From NCBI GenBank assembly GCA_019623805.1, contig CP053680.1, forward strand, positions 4,224,423-4,288,422: 64,000 bases of DNA, written 5' to 3'. The notes under the pieces are model-generated. The model was not told the origin of the DNA and did no database searches. It saw only the letters and a program-made list of their open reading frames with translations. This document shows positions 19,905 through 31,177 of this stretch, piece after piece. Numbering within the stretch: the stretch's first letter is position 1; every line of letters begins with the position of its first letter. A program made the translations under genes and the position numbers. The stretch comes from Gammaproteobacteria bacterium (ex Lamellibrachia satsuma) (GTDB lineage: Bacteria; Pseudomonadota; Gammaproteobacteria; Chromatiales; Chromatiaceae).

Positions 19905-21188
19905 TCAGCTGATACGCCAAACAGGATCGATCTTGAAACTGAGTATCTCATGTGCCTGAAGCAGTGCAGCTTCAGCCTGTTCAGGTGTATCGGCCTTGGA
20001 AAAGATAAATCCCAGATAGCTGGAACCTTCAGGCAGCGCCACCAGCTCATGCCCGACTGGAGCGATAATTCTGACCTCCTCCACATATCGAACCGCCTGA
20101 GCCACATCCACCCCGTTAAACTCTCTTAACATACCGGACCCTGGAATTGGGATCATCAATACGCCCGCCGCCCCTTTAATATGGACATCAGGCAATGGAA
20201 GACCCACTGCATTGGCAATCACCAAGCTCTCCAGAGCCTGGCCGGAAGCTATAGTGAAGAGATGCCCACATTCGCCACCAATCGTGCGGACCGCCACTTC
20301 CAGAATCCAAGCCTCATCTTCGCTGACTCGCAGCTCTGCATGTACAGGCCCCTCAACCAGTTCATAGGCTTCACAAGCTGAGGTAACACGTTCAAGAATA
20401 CGATGCTGCACATCAGAGCTAAGGCGTGAGGGGGTGGTGTAATAGGTCTCTTCAAAAAATGGTCCCACCATAGGATCAGGTTTATCGAACAGCGCCAGCA
20501 CACTGAGTTTGCCCTGGCAAAGAAAGCCCTCCAGAGCCACTTCGAAGCCGTCGATGTAGGCCTCGACCAGCAGATGGGAACGTTCGAAAAGATCTGCTTG
20601 GTTTGCGATGAGCGGGCGGATGCGTTCACAGGCGGTAAGAAACTCCGGCAGGTTGTTCGCGCGAATAACACCCCGACTGGCTGATAGATTGAGGGGTTTG
20701 ATCACACAGGGGAAGGGGAAACCTTCGATCTGGGTTACCAGATCATCAGCCAAAGAGATCAGTTGGTGCTGGGGAACCGGAATACCCGCTTGCCTCAGAC
20801 AATTCCTGGCCAGGTCTTTGCGTCGTGCAAGCCGGGATGAGTGGACAGAATTAAAGCTTAAACCCAATTTGCTTGCAGTCAGCGCTGCCAACTCCACGGC
20901 TGCGTCATCGGTCGCAATAACTCCATTATAAGAGACAGACCTTGCTGCACTGCAGATTACATCAAGTGCCTCTCCAGGATCATTCAAGTCGATATGTAAC
21001 CCTTCTGCCAACTCACGTACCAAGGAATGTTTACCAGGTGAGGCTATATCAATAGCCACTCCCATTTCCCTGGCAGCGTTAAGGTAGGCACTAATACGAT
21101 AACTCTGAGAAGGTGCAATCAGCAAAATCCGCGGTCGCGGGGCACGACTAATAACAATCAGGCACAACCTCCTCCAGCAGCACCGCAA
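19905..21188 (-). CDS. ATP-grasp ligase
   Basis: FPCVIKPLNLSASRGVIRA, LVEAYIDGFEVALEG, FEETYY, GPVHAELR, ILEVAVR. The true start is probably ~21167. Confidence 0.85.
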   Translation of the reverse strand: MRCCWRRLCLIVISRAPRPRILLIAPSQSYRISAYLNAAREMGVAIDIASPGKHSLVRELAEGLHIDLNDPGEALDVICSAARSVSYNGVIATDDAAVELAALTASKLGLSFNSVHSSRLARRKDLARNCLRQAGIPVPQHQLISLADDLVTQIEGFPFPCVIKPLNLSASRGVIRANNLPEFLTACERIRPLIANQADLFERSHLLVEAYIDGFEVALEGFLCQGKLSVLALFDKPDPMVGPFFEETYYTTPSRLSSDVQHRILERVTSACEAYELVEGPVHAELRVSEDEAWILEVAVRTIGGECGHLFTIASGQALESLVIANAVGLPLPDVHIKGAAGVLMIPIPGSGMLREFNGVDVAQAVRYVEEVRIIAPVGHELVALPEGSSYLGFIFSKADTPEQAEAALLQAHEILSFKIDPVWRIS

Positions 21189-21535
21189 GCGCCGCAGACA
21201 CCGGAACCACCTGTCTGCGAAAAGACATTGTTAAATACAAAACTCTTATTTAAACCCTCATGTTTGTAGTCAATTTCCACACCTTCCAGATAATTAAGTG
21301 CAACCGCATCCACATAAACATTCATTCCATTGCATTCCAAAACACAATCAAACTCTGTTGGCGTTTCAACAAACGTCATGCCATAAGTCATACCATCACA
21401 ATCTCCACCTGCGACAAAGATACGGATGCCACTGATATCCGATTCAGCATTTATCAGTTGAAGCAGCTTCATCTCTGCAATCTGTGAAATTCTTACCGCG
21501 TCAGTTATTGTGTGATTAAACTGTTCGTTCTGCAT
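21158..21535 (-). CDS. HesB/IscA-like Fe-S carrier with atypical Cys tail
   Basis: IRIFVAGGDCDGMTYGM, VYVDAVALNYLEGVEIDY, FVFNN; C-terminus VCGACGAAGGGCA. Confidence 0.8.
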   Translation of the reverse strand: MQNEQFNHTITDAVRISQIAEMKLLQLINAESDISGIRIFVAGGDCDGMTYGMTFVETPTEFDCVLECNGMNVYVDAVALNYLEGVEIDYKHEGLNKSFVFNNVFSQTGGSGVCGACGAAGGGCA

Positions 21536-21652
21536 TGCATGTTCCCAGCATTTTACATATTCCTGTGGAAACTGTGAGGTTAAAGTCGCCAAACTCACTC
21601 ATATGTTGTTAGTAATAAAGCAATTTTCGAAAAGGTGTGGCTGAAATCACAA

Positions 21653-21877
21653 TTATGCCGCTTGGCGCCCACTCTGACTATCAATAGGGCGACGGCGATC
21701 CCTACCCGTCCTGCGGTTAGTTCCCGGTGACCTTACAACTGCTGGGGATTGTGTTACGGAAAAGGCATGCCAATAGTGATATAGCATCAAGCTGAGCATG
21801 ACGAGACCGCCGACAATCAGGAAAAGCACAAATAACGCAGGGAATAGCATCAGGATGCCTGCAAATATCTGTTCCAT
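21653..21877 (-). CDS. Small single-pass membrane protein
   Basis: AGGAGG RBS, long hydrophobic N-terminus, basic tail. Confidence 0.55.
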   Translation of the reverse strand: MEQIFAGILMLFPALFVLFLIVGGLVMLSLMLYHYWHAFSVTQSPAVVRSPGTNRRTGRDRRRPIDSQSGRQAA

Positions 21878-22040
21878 AATTCATCCCTCCTGACCCTTCG
21901 TTAGTAAAAGCAATTCTTGCCTCTCTCTGGAATTTTGACACTAACTGCCTTTGTTAGTGCCCAGCGCACCGAACATTAGGCATAATGCGGATGTCCAAAC
22001 ATTGATAAGGCGCATGCATCACTCGATGAGGAGATTAGCA

Positions 22041-22928
22041 ATGGCCATGCAGGCAAAACGCCGTGCATCAAATGTAGTCGGTGACTTCTATGTAGACACC
22101 AGCTGTATCGACTGCGGCACATGCCGCTGGGTAGCTCCCGAAAGCTTTGATGTCAGCGGCAGTAAATCCCGTGTCTATTACCAGCCGGAAAATGATGCAC
22201 AGAATCACCGAGCCTGCATGGCACTTCTGGCTTGCCCTGTCGGTGCCATTGGCAGTCATAAAACACACAATTTTAAAGCGGCGCAAACAGCATTCCCCGA
22301 TCTAATCGAGGCCAACGTGTTTCATTGCGGCTACCATTCAAGAAAGAGCTATGGTGCTACCAGTTACTTGATTCAGCGTAAGGAGGGAAATCTACTGGTT
22401 GATTCACCACGCTTTATCCCTTCACTCATATCGCAACTCGAAGCATTAGGTGGTATCCGCTATTTTTTTCTCAGCCATATTGATGACGTGGCCGATCATT
22501 CGATGTTTGCCCGGCATTTCGGCTGTGATCGCATTCTTCACCAGGACGATGTCAATATCGAAACAGATGAAGTTGAGATCCAACCTCAGGGAGAGACACC
22601 GTTAGCCCTCGATAATGACCTGCTGCTGATTCCCACTCCCGGCCACACCAAGGGGTCGTGCTGCCTGCTATACCAAGAGAGATATCTTTTCACCGGCGAT
22701 CACTTGTGGTGGAATCCTGGTAGCCACTGCCTGAGCGCTTCACCGTATTATTGCTGGTACAGCTGGGAACACCAGATCGCATCCATGGAGTTACTGGCAA
22801 AATACCGATTTTCCTGGGTGTTGCCAGGCCACGGACAACGCATTCAGTTATCGGAGAAGAAGATGAAGGATGCACTACAGCAATGTATTGACTGGATGAA
22901 GAGAAGAAAAATGCAGCGTGTTGTATAA
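22041..22928 (+). CDS. Ferredoxin-MBL-fold metallo-hydrolase fusion
   Basis: CIDCGTC...CP ferredoxin-like N-domain; SHIDDVADH, GHTKGS, TGDH, PGHG. Start set at ATG 22041 after GAGGAG. Confidence 0.85.
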   Translation: MAMQAKRRASNVVGDFYVDTSCIDCGTCRWVAPESFDVSGSKSRVYYQPENDAQNHRACMALLACPVGAIGSHKTHNFKAAQTAFPDLIEANVFHCGYHSRKSYGATSYLIQRKEGNLLVDSPRFIPSLISQLEALGGIRYFFLSHIDDVADHSMFARHFGCDRILHQDDVNIETDEVEIQPQGETPLALDNDLLLIPTPGHTKGSCCLLYQERYLFTGDHLWWNPGSHCLSASPYYCWYSWEHQIASMELLAKYRFSWVLPGHGQRIQLSEKKMKDALQQCIDWMKRRKMQRVV

Positions 22929-22937
22929 CCTGATGTC

Positions 22938-25640
22938 TCAGCTCGAGAACAGTCCGCGCAATACGTAAGGGAGAATGCCGCCGTTGCAATAGTAGTCGAC
23001 CTCGATTGGCGTATCGATCCGCATCAACAAGCTACATTGGCTGGTGTGACCGTCGGCGTGCCGGATGTGGAGTGTGACGTTCTTTCCTGGTGCAATGCCA
23101 TCTTCGGTGCCGACAACGTCGAATATTTCGTCGCCACGCAGTCCGAGTGAAGCGGCACTATCCTGACCCTTGAACTGCAGTGGCAGTACACCCATACCGA
23201 CCAGATTGGATCGGTGAATGCGTTCGAAACCTTTCGCCACCACGGCCTTAACCCCGAGCAAACGTGTCCCCTTGGCCGCCCAGTCTCGACTCGACCCGGT
23301 ACCGTATTCCTCTCCCGAAAAGATCAGGGTCGGCGTACCGGCAAGCTGATAATCCATCGCCGCATCGTAGATGAAGCGCTCTACACCATCGGGCTGAGTC
23401 AAGGTGAGTCCACCTTCAACCGGCCGTCCATCCATCCCCGGCGGCAGCATTAAGTTGCGGATTCGTACATTGGCAAAGGTGCCGCGCATCATCACTTCGT
23501 GGTTGCCCCGGCGCGAACCGTAGCTGTTAAAGTCATCGGGCGTCACACCCAACCCGCGCAGGTAGATGCCCGCCGGCGAATCACCCTTAATCGAACCTGC
23601 CGGACTGATATGATCGGTTGTCACAGAATCTCCAAAGATGGCTAACGCGCGCGCGCCACGAATGCTCACAAGGGGGGGTGGTTCCAGCGCGAAATCGTCG
23701 AAGAATGGAGGGCGTGCAATGTAGGTGGAAGGGTCCCAAACGTAAATCTCACCGGTCACTGCAGCGATATCCTCCCAAAGCGGATTGTCCCGCGCGAAGT
23801 CCTTGTACAGACGGCGATAGGTTTCTGGATCGGTCGCCTGTCTCAGCGCAATCCCGACTTCCTCCTGGCTGGGCCAGATCTCATGCAGATAGACGGGTAC
23901 CCCATTGTTGTCGAAGGCGAGAGGATCATTGGAGAGATCTATACCTATTCTGCCTGCCAGCGCAAACGCTACGACCAGCGGCGGGCTCATCAGGAAGTTC
24001 GCCTTGATGCCGGCGTGAATGCGAGCCTCGAAGTTGCGGTTACCGGACAATACCGAGGCGCAGATCAGATCCTGCTCCGATACCAAACGCTCGATCTCCG
24101 GATCAAGCGGGCCTGCGTTTCCAATGCAGGTGGTACAACCGTAGGCCACTACGCGGAAACCCAGTTGTTCTAGTGGTGCAAGCAACCCGGCTTGGCCGAG
24201 GTACTCGCTCACCACGCGCGATCCAGGTGCGAGCGAAGTCTTTACTTGCGACGGCACACGCAAGCCACGAGCCACTGCCTTCTGCGCGAGCAGGCCAGCC
24301 GCCAGCATTACACCAGGATTTGAGGTGTTGGTGCAGGATGTGATCGCTGCAATCAGAATGTCTCCATGGCCAACGTCGCCGCCGCTGGATAGCGCATAAC
24401 GTGCCGCGTGGGATTGATTCGCCTTTCCGTATCCTCCGTCGGCCGTCGGTTTGCTTAGTAATTCCGCAAAGTGTCGCTTCAGTTCCGGCATGACGATCCG
24501 GTCCTGCGGCCGCTTCGGACCGGCCACGCAGGGTACTACGCTGGCGAGATCCAACTCCAGCACGTTACTGTAGTTGATCTCGCCCGCACGGGGCATGCCA
24601 AAGAGCTGCTGCGCCTGAAAGTAGCTGCAAAAGGCATCCACCTCCTCATCGCTACGACCGGTAGCTGAGAGATAGTTAACAGTCTCTTCATCGGGTGGAA
24701 AAAAACCGATTGTTGCACCGTACTCAGGCGTCATGTTGGCGATCGTCGCCCGGTCTGGCAGCGTGAGCGAGGCCGCACCCTCGCCGAAGAATTCAACGAA
24801 TTTACCCACCACCTTAGCCTTGCGCAGTGCCTCGGTAACGACCAGCACCAGGTCGGTTGCTGTCACGCCCTCGCCCAAACGGCCCGAGAGGTGAACACCA
24901 ACCACATCGGGCGTGAGGATGTAAACTGGCTGGCCTAGCATGCCGGCCTCGGCCTCGATTCCGCCCACGCCCCAACCCACGACGCCCAGCGCGTTGATCA
25001 TTGTGGTGTGCGAATCGGTGCCGACGAGCATGTCTGGAAAATACACACCGTCGCGATGATTGACACCCTTTGTGAGATATTCCAGATTGACCTGGTGCAC
25101 AATACCGACACCGGGAGGTACGACGCGAAAAGTGTCGAATGCCTGCATGCCCCACTTGATAAAACGGTAGCGTTCGGCATTGCGGCGAAACTCTAACCGC
25201 ATGTTCAGGTCCAGTGCATTGGACTCGCGAAAGTGGTCGACCTGCACTGAGTGATCCACCACCAGATCTACCGGCACCAGCGGTTCGATAATGCGCGGGT
25301 TCTTGCCGAAGCGCACCGCCACGTCGCGCATCGCGGCAAGATCGCAGAGCAGAGGCACGCCGGTGAAGTCTTGTAACACGATGCGCGCCACTACAAAGGG
25401 AATCTCCTCCGTACGTGCCGCTTGCGGCTGCCAATTAGCCAGCTGATGCACATGATCCTCGGTGATCCGCTTCCCATCGAAATTACGCAGCAATGATTCG
25501 AGCACGATACGTAATGATACTGGCAGGCGCGACACCTTACCGACGCCGGTAGCCTCCAGAGCGGGCAACGAGTAAAAATGGCCGCTCCGCCCGGAGGCGA
25601 AGCCAAACTCACGAAGCGTCTCTTGTTGACCGAGTGGCAT
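22938..25640 (-). CDS. acnA: Aconitate hydratase A
   Basis: [54 protein letters not shown]. Start set at ATG 25640. Confidence 0.95.
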   Translation of the reverse strand: MPLGQQETLREFGFASGRSGHFYSLPALEATGVGKVSRLPVSLRIVLESLLRNFDGKRITEDHVHQLANWQPQAARTEEIPFVVARIVLQDFTGVPLLCDLAAMRDVAVRFGKNPRIIEPLVPVDLVVDHSVQVDHFRESNALDLNMRLEFRRNAERYRFIKWGMQAFDTFRVVPPGVGIVHQVNLEYLTKGVNHRDGVYFPDMLVGTDSHTTMINALGVVGWGVGGIEAEAGMLGQPVYILTPDVVGVHLSGRLGEGVTATDLVLVVTEALRKAKVVGKFVEFFGEGAASLTLPDRATIANMTPEYGATIGFFPPDEETVNYLSATGRSDEEVDAFCSYFQAQQLFGMPRAGEINYSNVLELDLASVVPCVAGPKRPQDRIVMPELKRHFAELLSKPTADGGYGKANQSHAARYALSSGGDVGHGDILIAAITSCTNTSNPGVMLAAGLLAQKAVARGLRVPSQVKTSLAPGSRVVSEYLGQAGLLAPLEQLGFRVVAYGCTTCIGNAGPLDPEIERLVSEQDLICASVLSGNRNFEARIHAGIKANFLMSPPLVVAFALAGRIGIDLSNDPLAFDNNGVPVYLHEIWPSQEEVGIALRQATDPETYRRLYKDFARDNPLWEDIAAVTGEIYVWDPSTYIARPPFFDDFALEPPPLVSIRGARALAIFGDSVTTDHISPAGSIKGDSPAGIYLRGLGVTPDDFNSYGSRRGNHEVMMRGTFANVRIRNLMLPPGMDGRPVEGGLTLTQPDGVERFIYDAAMDYQLAGTPTLIFSGEEYGTGSSRDWAAKGTRLLGVKAVVAKGFERIHRSNLVGMGVLPLQFKGQDSAASLGLRGDEIFDVVGTEDGIAPGKNVTLHIRHADGHTSQCSLLMRIDTPIEVDYYCNGGILPYVLRGLFSS

Positions 25641-25781
25641 AACTGCCCCTTCTGTGCTGACGACGAGAGTGTTCAGTCGCTTTGTTCGATTGCGTTCGAA
25701 TCCGCATCGCCGAAGAAAGACTACACTGAAACTAGACCTCGGGACGGCGCCGAAGTTCAGCCACACGGCGAGAGAGTTGCC

Positions 25782-27167
25782 ATGACTGCTGCCATCAGGA
25801 TAGAACACGATTCGTTCGGCGATGTTGAAGTATCGGCCGAAGCGCTTTGGGGGGCGCAGACCCAGCGCTCACTCGTTCAATTCCGCATCTCGACCGAACG
25901 CATGCCGGTAGCACTGCTAATGGCGCTGGCGCGGATCAAGCGCATCTGCTCATTGGTCAATGGCGAGCTTGGCCAACTTGACGAGAAGGTGGCTGCTGCA
26001 ATTGCGCAGGCAGCCGATGAGGTGTTGGTCGGCGCCCATTCAGATGCGTTTCCGCTCGTAGTATGGCAGACCGGCTCCGGGACCCAGACCAACATGAACA
26101 TGAACGAGGTGCTGGCTAACCGGGCTTCTGAACTCCTGGGTAGCGGACGTGGTGTTGCACGCTGCGTGCATCCGAACGACCACGTCAATCTCGGCCAGTC
26201 CTCCAATGACATCTTCCCGACTGCCATGCATGTTGCAGCCGTGTACAGCCTTACCCAGAACCTACGACCCGCGCTGCGCACACTACAGACAACACTCGCC
26301 GGGAAATCTACCGCATTCGCCGACATCGTCAAGATTGGCCGTACCCATCTGCAGGATGCCACGCCGTTGACGTTGGGGCAGGAAATATCGGGCTGGGTGG
26401 CACAGCTTGAACATGCCGATCAGGCGATCGTTGCAAGCCTCAGCGCATTATATGAACTGGCTGTTGGCGGTACTGCGGTAGGCACCGGCCTCAATACGCA
26501 TCCGCAGTTCGGCGAGCGTGTCGCCGACAGGCTTGGACAGGAAACAGGGTTCCCCTTCCGCTGCGCTGCTAACCGCTTTGCCGCACAGGCGGCGCATGAT
26601 CCGCTGGTGAATGCACACGGGACACTCAAGACGCTTGCGGTGGCGTTGATGAAGATCGCTAACGACATCCGCTGGCTCGCCTCCGGACCACGCTGCGGAT
26701 TCGGCGAGCTACGCCTGCCGGAAAATGAGCCGGGCAGTTCAATCATGCCGGGCAAGGTAAACCCGACGCAATGCGAGGCGCTCACCATGGTGTGCTGCCA
26801 GGTGCTGGGTAACGATGTCGCGCTATCAGTAGGCGGCGCATCGGGGAATTTCGAGCTCAACGTTTTCAAGCCGCTGATCGCCTACAATTTCTTGCAGAGT
26901 GTGCGCCTGCTGGCGGACGCAATGACAAGTTTCGAAACGTACTGCGGGCGAGGCATCGAGCCCAATCACACGCGTATTGCCCAGCTGCTTGCACACTCAT
27001 TAATGCTGGTGACAGCACTGAGCCCGCATATCGGTTACGAACATGCAGCGGCAATTGCCAATCACGCCTATGCGAACGATATCTCTTTGCGCGAGGCGGC
27101 GCTGGCGCTCGGTTACGTTACCGAAGCGCAGTTCGACGAATGGGTACAGCCTGAAAGAATGGTTTAG
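25782..27167 (+). CDS. fumC: Class II fumarate hydratase
   Basis: [40 protein letters not shown]. Start set at ATG 25782. Confidence 0.95.
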   Translation: MTAAIRIEHDSFGDVEVSAEALWGAQTQRSLVQFRISTERMPVALLMALARIKRICSLVNGELGQLDEKVAAAIAQAADEVLVGAHSDAFPLVVWQTGSGTQTNMNMNEVLANRASELLGSGRGVARCVHPNDHVNLGQSSNDIFPTAMHVAAVYSLTQNLRPALRTLQTTLAGKSTAFADIVKIGRTHLQDATPLTLGQEISGWVAQLEHADQAIVASLSALYELAVGGTAVGTGLNTHPQFGERVADRLGQETGFPFRCAANRFAAQAAHDPLVNAHGTLKTLAVALMKIANDIRWLASGPRCGFGELRLPENEPGSSIMPGKVNPTQCEALTMVCCQVLGNDVALSVGGASGNFELNVFKPLIAYNFLQSVRLLADAMTSFETYCGRGIEPNHTRIAQLLAHSLMLVTALSPHIGYEHAAAIANHAYANDISLREAALALGYVTEAQFDEWVQPERMV

Positions 27168-27923
27168 TGCCTGTGCTGTTTTTATACGGAGACTTGTTTG
27201 CACACATCTGCGTATGGCGTTGCTTGGGCGGCCTGGCTGGTTAACGTAAAAAATTGCACTCTTCAATGATTGCAAGAACGAGTCGCAGAGCAAGCTGTCC
27301 AAAAGCTTGAATACCTAACTTATCTGGACTCTGTAGATGGGATGGTGTCAATGGAGAGTGTCTTTCGTAAACGAGGCTTTCTCCCCGTATCTGATCCCTT
27401 GACAGCCTTTCCACCAGGCAGTCAATGGGCGATGCTGGATGAGCTCGGCAAGAACCTTCCCAGCCTGTTGCAGAGCCCTGATTTCCGTGACTCCGCACGT
27501 CGCTTCAATATCCCCTTTTGGGATGAGCAAAAGACGAGTGTCCTGGACCAGCCGGCACTGCGACTCTATTATCTCCGGCTGGGTTTCCTCGCCTCCGCCT
27601 ATATCAATCAGATCGGTCAGCCCCCTGCAACCATACTGGCTGGTAATATAGCCCGGCCCCTCTGTCATGCCTGTGCATTACTGGGGCGTCCCCCAATTCT
27701 CAGCTACGACGGATATGCCCTCTATAACTGGAAAAGGTTGGATATACAGGCGCCAATCGAACTGGGCAATATCGACACTATTCAAAACTTCGTCCCTCTT
27801 TATGACGAACACTGGTTCATTGCATATTCTGGCGAACGTGAACGCTGATTCTGGTGATCGTGAACACCCAACCTAACCACACATAGGGCTCGGTGTATTT
27901 TTACTTCAAGTGTTCACGATCAG

Positions 27924-28658
27924 TCAAGTTATGGCTTGCCGCTTCCGTAAAGATTCGCCTTTCAGCGTGATCCGGTGGGCGTTATGCATGAGCCGATCCA
28001 GAATGGCATCAGCCAACGTATTATCACCGATGGACTGATACCATTGATTCGTTGGCAACTGGCTGAGGATGGCCGTTGATGTGCTGCCATTTCGGTCATC
28101 CATTATTTCCATGAGATCATTTCGCTGTGCAGCGTTGAGCGGCTCCAGTCCCCAGTCATCAAGGATGAGCAAGTCGAGCCTGGCCAGTGTTTGCAGTGCT
28201 TTGCTGTAACTGCCATCGGCTTTTGTTTGTGCGAGTTCCAGCAGCAACCGGGATAGTCGATAGTATTTGACCCGGTAACCTTTCATGCAGGCAGCATAAG
28301 CCAGCGCACAGGCAATGTAAGTCTTTCCGCTGCCACAAGGACCGGTCAGCAGCAGATTTTGGTTTTTATTGATCCAGTCACATTGCAGTAGACTGGCCAC
28401 CAGGGATTTCTTCAGCCCTCTGGGATGCTGGTAATCAACGTCTTGAGGGTTGGCTGCTATTTTGAGCTTGGCCGCTTTTAATAAACGCTGTTGCTTGCGA
28501 TGCTCCCGGTCATTGAGTTCATTATCTGCCAGTATTTGCAGGCGCTCCTCGAAGGACAGGCCCTCGTAAGTGCCAGGCTGCTCCTGCTGAGTTACCAGTG
28601 CGTTGGCCATGCCACTGAGCTTGAGTTGTCGTAACTGTGTAATGGTTTGATCTAACAT
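27924..28658 (-). CDS. istB: IS21 helper ATPase
   Basis: GPCGSGKT Walker A, LILDDWG, ADAILDRL. Confidence 0.96.
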   Translation of the reverse strand: MLDQTITQLRQLKLSGMANALVTQQEQPGTYEGLSFEERLQILADNELNDREHRKQQRLLKAAKLKIAANPQDVDYQHPRGLKKSLVASLLQCDWINKNQNLLLTGPCGSGKTYIACALAYAACMKGYRVKYYRLSRLLLELAQTKADGSYSKALQTLARLDLLILDDWGLEPLNAAQRNDLMEIMDDRNGSTSTAILSQLPTNQWYQSIGDNTLADAILDRLMHNAHRITLKGESLRKRQAIT

Positions 28659-28675
28659 TATGGTTTCCTTTGGGT

Positions 28676-30220
28676 TTAGTGGAAGCTCTTCGGGCCACGG
28701 ATGTTTTCATGTGACTGGGGTAATAAAGAGAGCTGCTCTTTTGATGCCGGCAGCAGTTGATCCTGATTGCTTTGCAGGATGGATTTGATCTGCTTTAAGC
28801 GATAAAGCTGGTGATGATTGGCAATCGCACATGCTTTATTCAGCCGGTCAGGTTCGTATTTTCTGGATAGATTCAGCAGACCCAGGCAGACACGGTATGC
28901 CTGCTGCTCATGTTGCTTTTGAGCCAGTATGCTTTTTACCCAGATGAGAACCTCATCACCCAGATCCTTGGCCCAGTTCATCAACCGTCCAGCAGACCAT
29001 TGATGATGTTTCTCATGTTTTTTGGGCATGTGGTCAGGAACGGTGGTCATGCCATGGCAGTATTTTCGTACATGGCTGGTCACCCGCTTGTTGTGGAAGA
29101 AGATCTCTACCAGTTTGTCTTTGGTATGGATTTCCAACTGCTCACCAACCAGCTGATGGGGCACAGAGTACAGATGCTTTTCATACTGCACATGGTAATC
29201 CACGTTGACCTTCACCTTTTTAATATAGGTATATTCATAGGTGTGCTTCGGCAATGGAGACAGAGCAGTCTTGTCGATTGACTGGAACCATTCCTGACGT
29301 GAACCTTCCAGTTGTTTAAAAGGTTTTTTGTTAACGTCAGCCAACAAGGCAACGATACATTGGTTCAACTCGGCCAGGGAGAAGAAGGTATGGTGGCGTA
29401 AGCGAGCCAGTATCCAGCGTTCGATGATTTGCACACCCACTTCTGCCTTGGCTTTATCCTGTGGCTTTCTGGGGCGAGCCGGCATAATGGCGGTACCGTA
29501 ATGTGCACCCAGTTGTTCGTAACTGGGGTTGAGGTCCGGATCGTGACGGCAGGCTTTGGTAACGCCGCTTTTTAAGTTATCCGGAACCACTAATTTTGGA
29601 ACACCACCGATAAAAGCGAATGCTCTTGCATGACTGGCCAGCCAGTCTGGCAAGCCCTGTGTCCAGGTAGCTTCTGCAAAGGTGTAATTGGAGGCGCCTA
29701 GTACCGCGACAAAGATCTGGGCAAAGCGCACTTCACCGGTATCACCTTGAACAATTGGTACGGTCTGGCCTGCATAATCCACGAACAGTTTGTCACCGGC
29801 CTTATGGGTCTGGCGCATGGAGCGTTTTTGTTTTTTTAGCCACTCACTGTATAAGTGGCAATACTGCGGATAGCTGTAACTGCGGTTGGGGTATTGCTGG
29901 GCATATTCTTCCCAGAGCAGGTGCTTGGTGACATGTTTAAAATGCAGTTCCTTATAAACATCTTTCCAGTCTGGCAACTGTAACGATCCAGAGGTTCGTG
30001 TGTCTGATTCAGGATAAATGGCATTGGCTAACTGGCGATCATCCAGTTTTTCGATAGCCTCCCAGTCCAATCCCAGTTCATGAGCTTTGCAGGTGATTTT
30101 TTGCACTGCACCCAGGCTGAGGCGCAGACTGTCCCGGATTTGCCGCATGCTGAGCTGGGCAGACAACCGGAGTCTTAATATCTCTCTTAATTTACGCATT
30201 GATAGTCTCTTTGTTGGCAT
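28676..30220 (-). CDS. istA: IS21 transposase
   Basis: FVDYAG, VPDNLKS, KAKAEVGV DDE motifs. Confidence 0.96.
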   Translation of the reverse strand: MPTKRLSMRKLREILRLRLSAQLSMRQIRDSLRLSLGAVQKITCKAHELGLDWEAIEKLDDRQLANAIYPESDTRTSGSLQLPDWKDVYKELHFKHVTKHLLWEEYAQQYPNRSYSYPQYCHLYSEWLKKQKRSMRQTHKAGDKLFVDYAGQTVPIVQGDTGEVRFAQIFVAVLGASNYTFAEATWTQGLPDWLASHARAFAFIGGVPKLVVPDNLKSGVTKACRHDPDLNPSYEQLGAHYGTAIMPARPRKPQDKAKAEVGVQIIERWILARLRHHTFFSLAELNQCIVALLADVNKKPFKQLEGSRQEWFQSIDKTALSPLPKHTYEYTYIKKVKVNVDYHVQYEKHLYSVPHQLVGEQLEIHTKDKLVEIFFHNKRVTSHVRKYCHGMTTVPDHMPKKHEKHHQWSAGRLMNWAKDLGDEVLIWVKSILAQKQHEQQAYRVCLGLLNLSRKYEPDRLNKACAIANHHQLYRLKQIKSILQSNQDQLLPASKEQLSLLPQSHENIRGPKSFH

Positions 30221-31177
30221 CGCCTTCCCCGGTCAAAACGGGCAAGGTTAGCAAGGCTTTATCAATGTGTGGAAAGGGTTTCTGGCATCGTGAACGGTGA
30301 TTCTGGTGAAATGCCAAAAGCGTTCACGATCAATCAGAATGAGTGTTCACGTTCGTCCAGAATAGGTGTTCACGATGGATCAGAATCAGTGTTCATGATG
30401 GGCCAGAATATGCAGGTTCATCCTGGCACATGTGGAGATAGAGGCCATCGCGGCAAGAATTCTCGATGCCATTGCGGAGATTCAGCAGGCATTGCCTACA
30501 TCTGAATTCTCATTGATTGACGAATCACTGGAAAAGATAGCCGCTGCCATCGATGAGCAGATAACAGTGCTGCGCCGAATCCCGGAAAAGATGGACCCGG
30601 GGCTCTATTTCAAAGCCTTCCGGCCCTATATCCGTTATTTCGAAAATGTACTGTACGAGGGCGTGGATCGGCAACCCATGCAGTATCGCGGCGAAACCGG
30701 GGCTCAGAGCAGTATCATGCCGGTACTGGTGGGTCTGATGAAAATCCCCCATCGCAGTTCACTGTTGACGGAACACCTGGTCGCCATACGCCAATACATG
30801 CCAGCCTCTCATCAAGCTTTGATTCGATCTGTGGAGGCCATGCCATCGCTGAAACAAGTCGCTGATAAATCGGCCTTTAATCAGGTATTAGAGGCGATGG
30901 CCAACTTCCGGGATGTCCATTACGGCTGGGCACAGGAATATATCGCGCGCCGAACTCCTGACCCCATAGGTACGGGAGGCACCCCCTATATGATCTGGCT
31001 GAAACAGTTGATCGATGAAACGCGTCAATGGCAGCGATGAGGCGGACTGTGCTCCCTCCTGGCTGCAACTGTCCGTTGATCTCAATCAGCCTCAGATAAC
31101 GCGAATCAGTTGCAGCAACTAATTCCGAGATAGGAACTATACTTTTCAGTACCATAAGAACAGTAGGTCAAAGCGTC

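Larger units (their letters stand above)
27821..30414 (-). mobile_element. IS21-family insertion sequence (2594 bp)
   Basis: 13-bp terminal IR TGCATATTCTGGC/GCCAGAATATGCA; 7-bp target duplication GGTTCAT; subterminal GTGAAC/GTTCAC repeats; istA and istB. Confidence 0.96.
27351..31040 (+). pseudogene. IDO/PrnB-like heme dioxygenase split by IS21
   Basis: Removing 27821-30421 restores a 362-aa ORF (...YDEHWF|ILAHVEIEA...YRGETGAQSS...HYGWA...GTGGT) with IDO-family motifs. Confidence 0.85.

Noticed and set aside
22938-25808. Longer ORF-track starts for acnA (956 aa) and fumC (529 aa), which would overlap each other
   Set aside because: Homology begins at ATG 25640 and ATG 25782, each with a purine-rich RBS; the extensions are spurious.
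27821-27870. Short GTGAAC/GTTCAC repeats here and at 30290-30400 as a possible CRISPR or iteron array
   Set aside because: They are the subterminal repeats expected of IS21 ends; there are no unique spacers and no cas genes.
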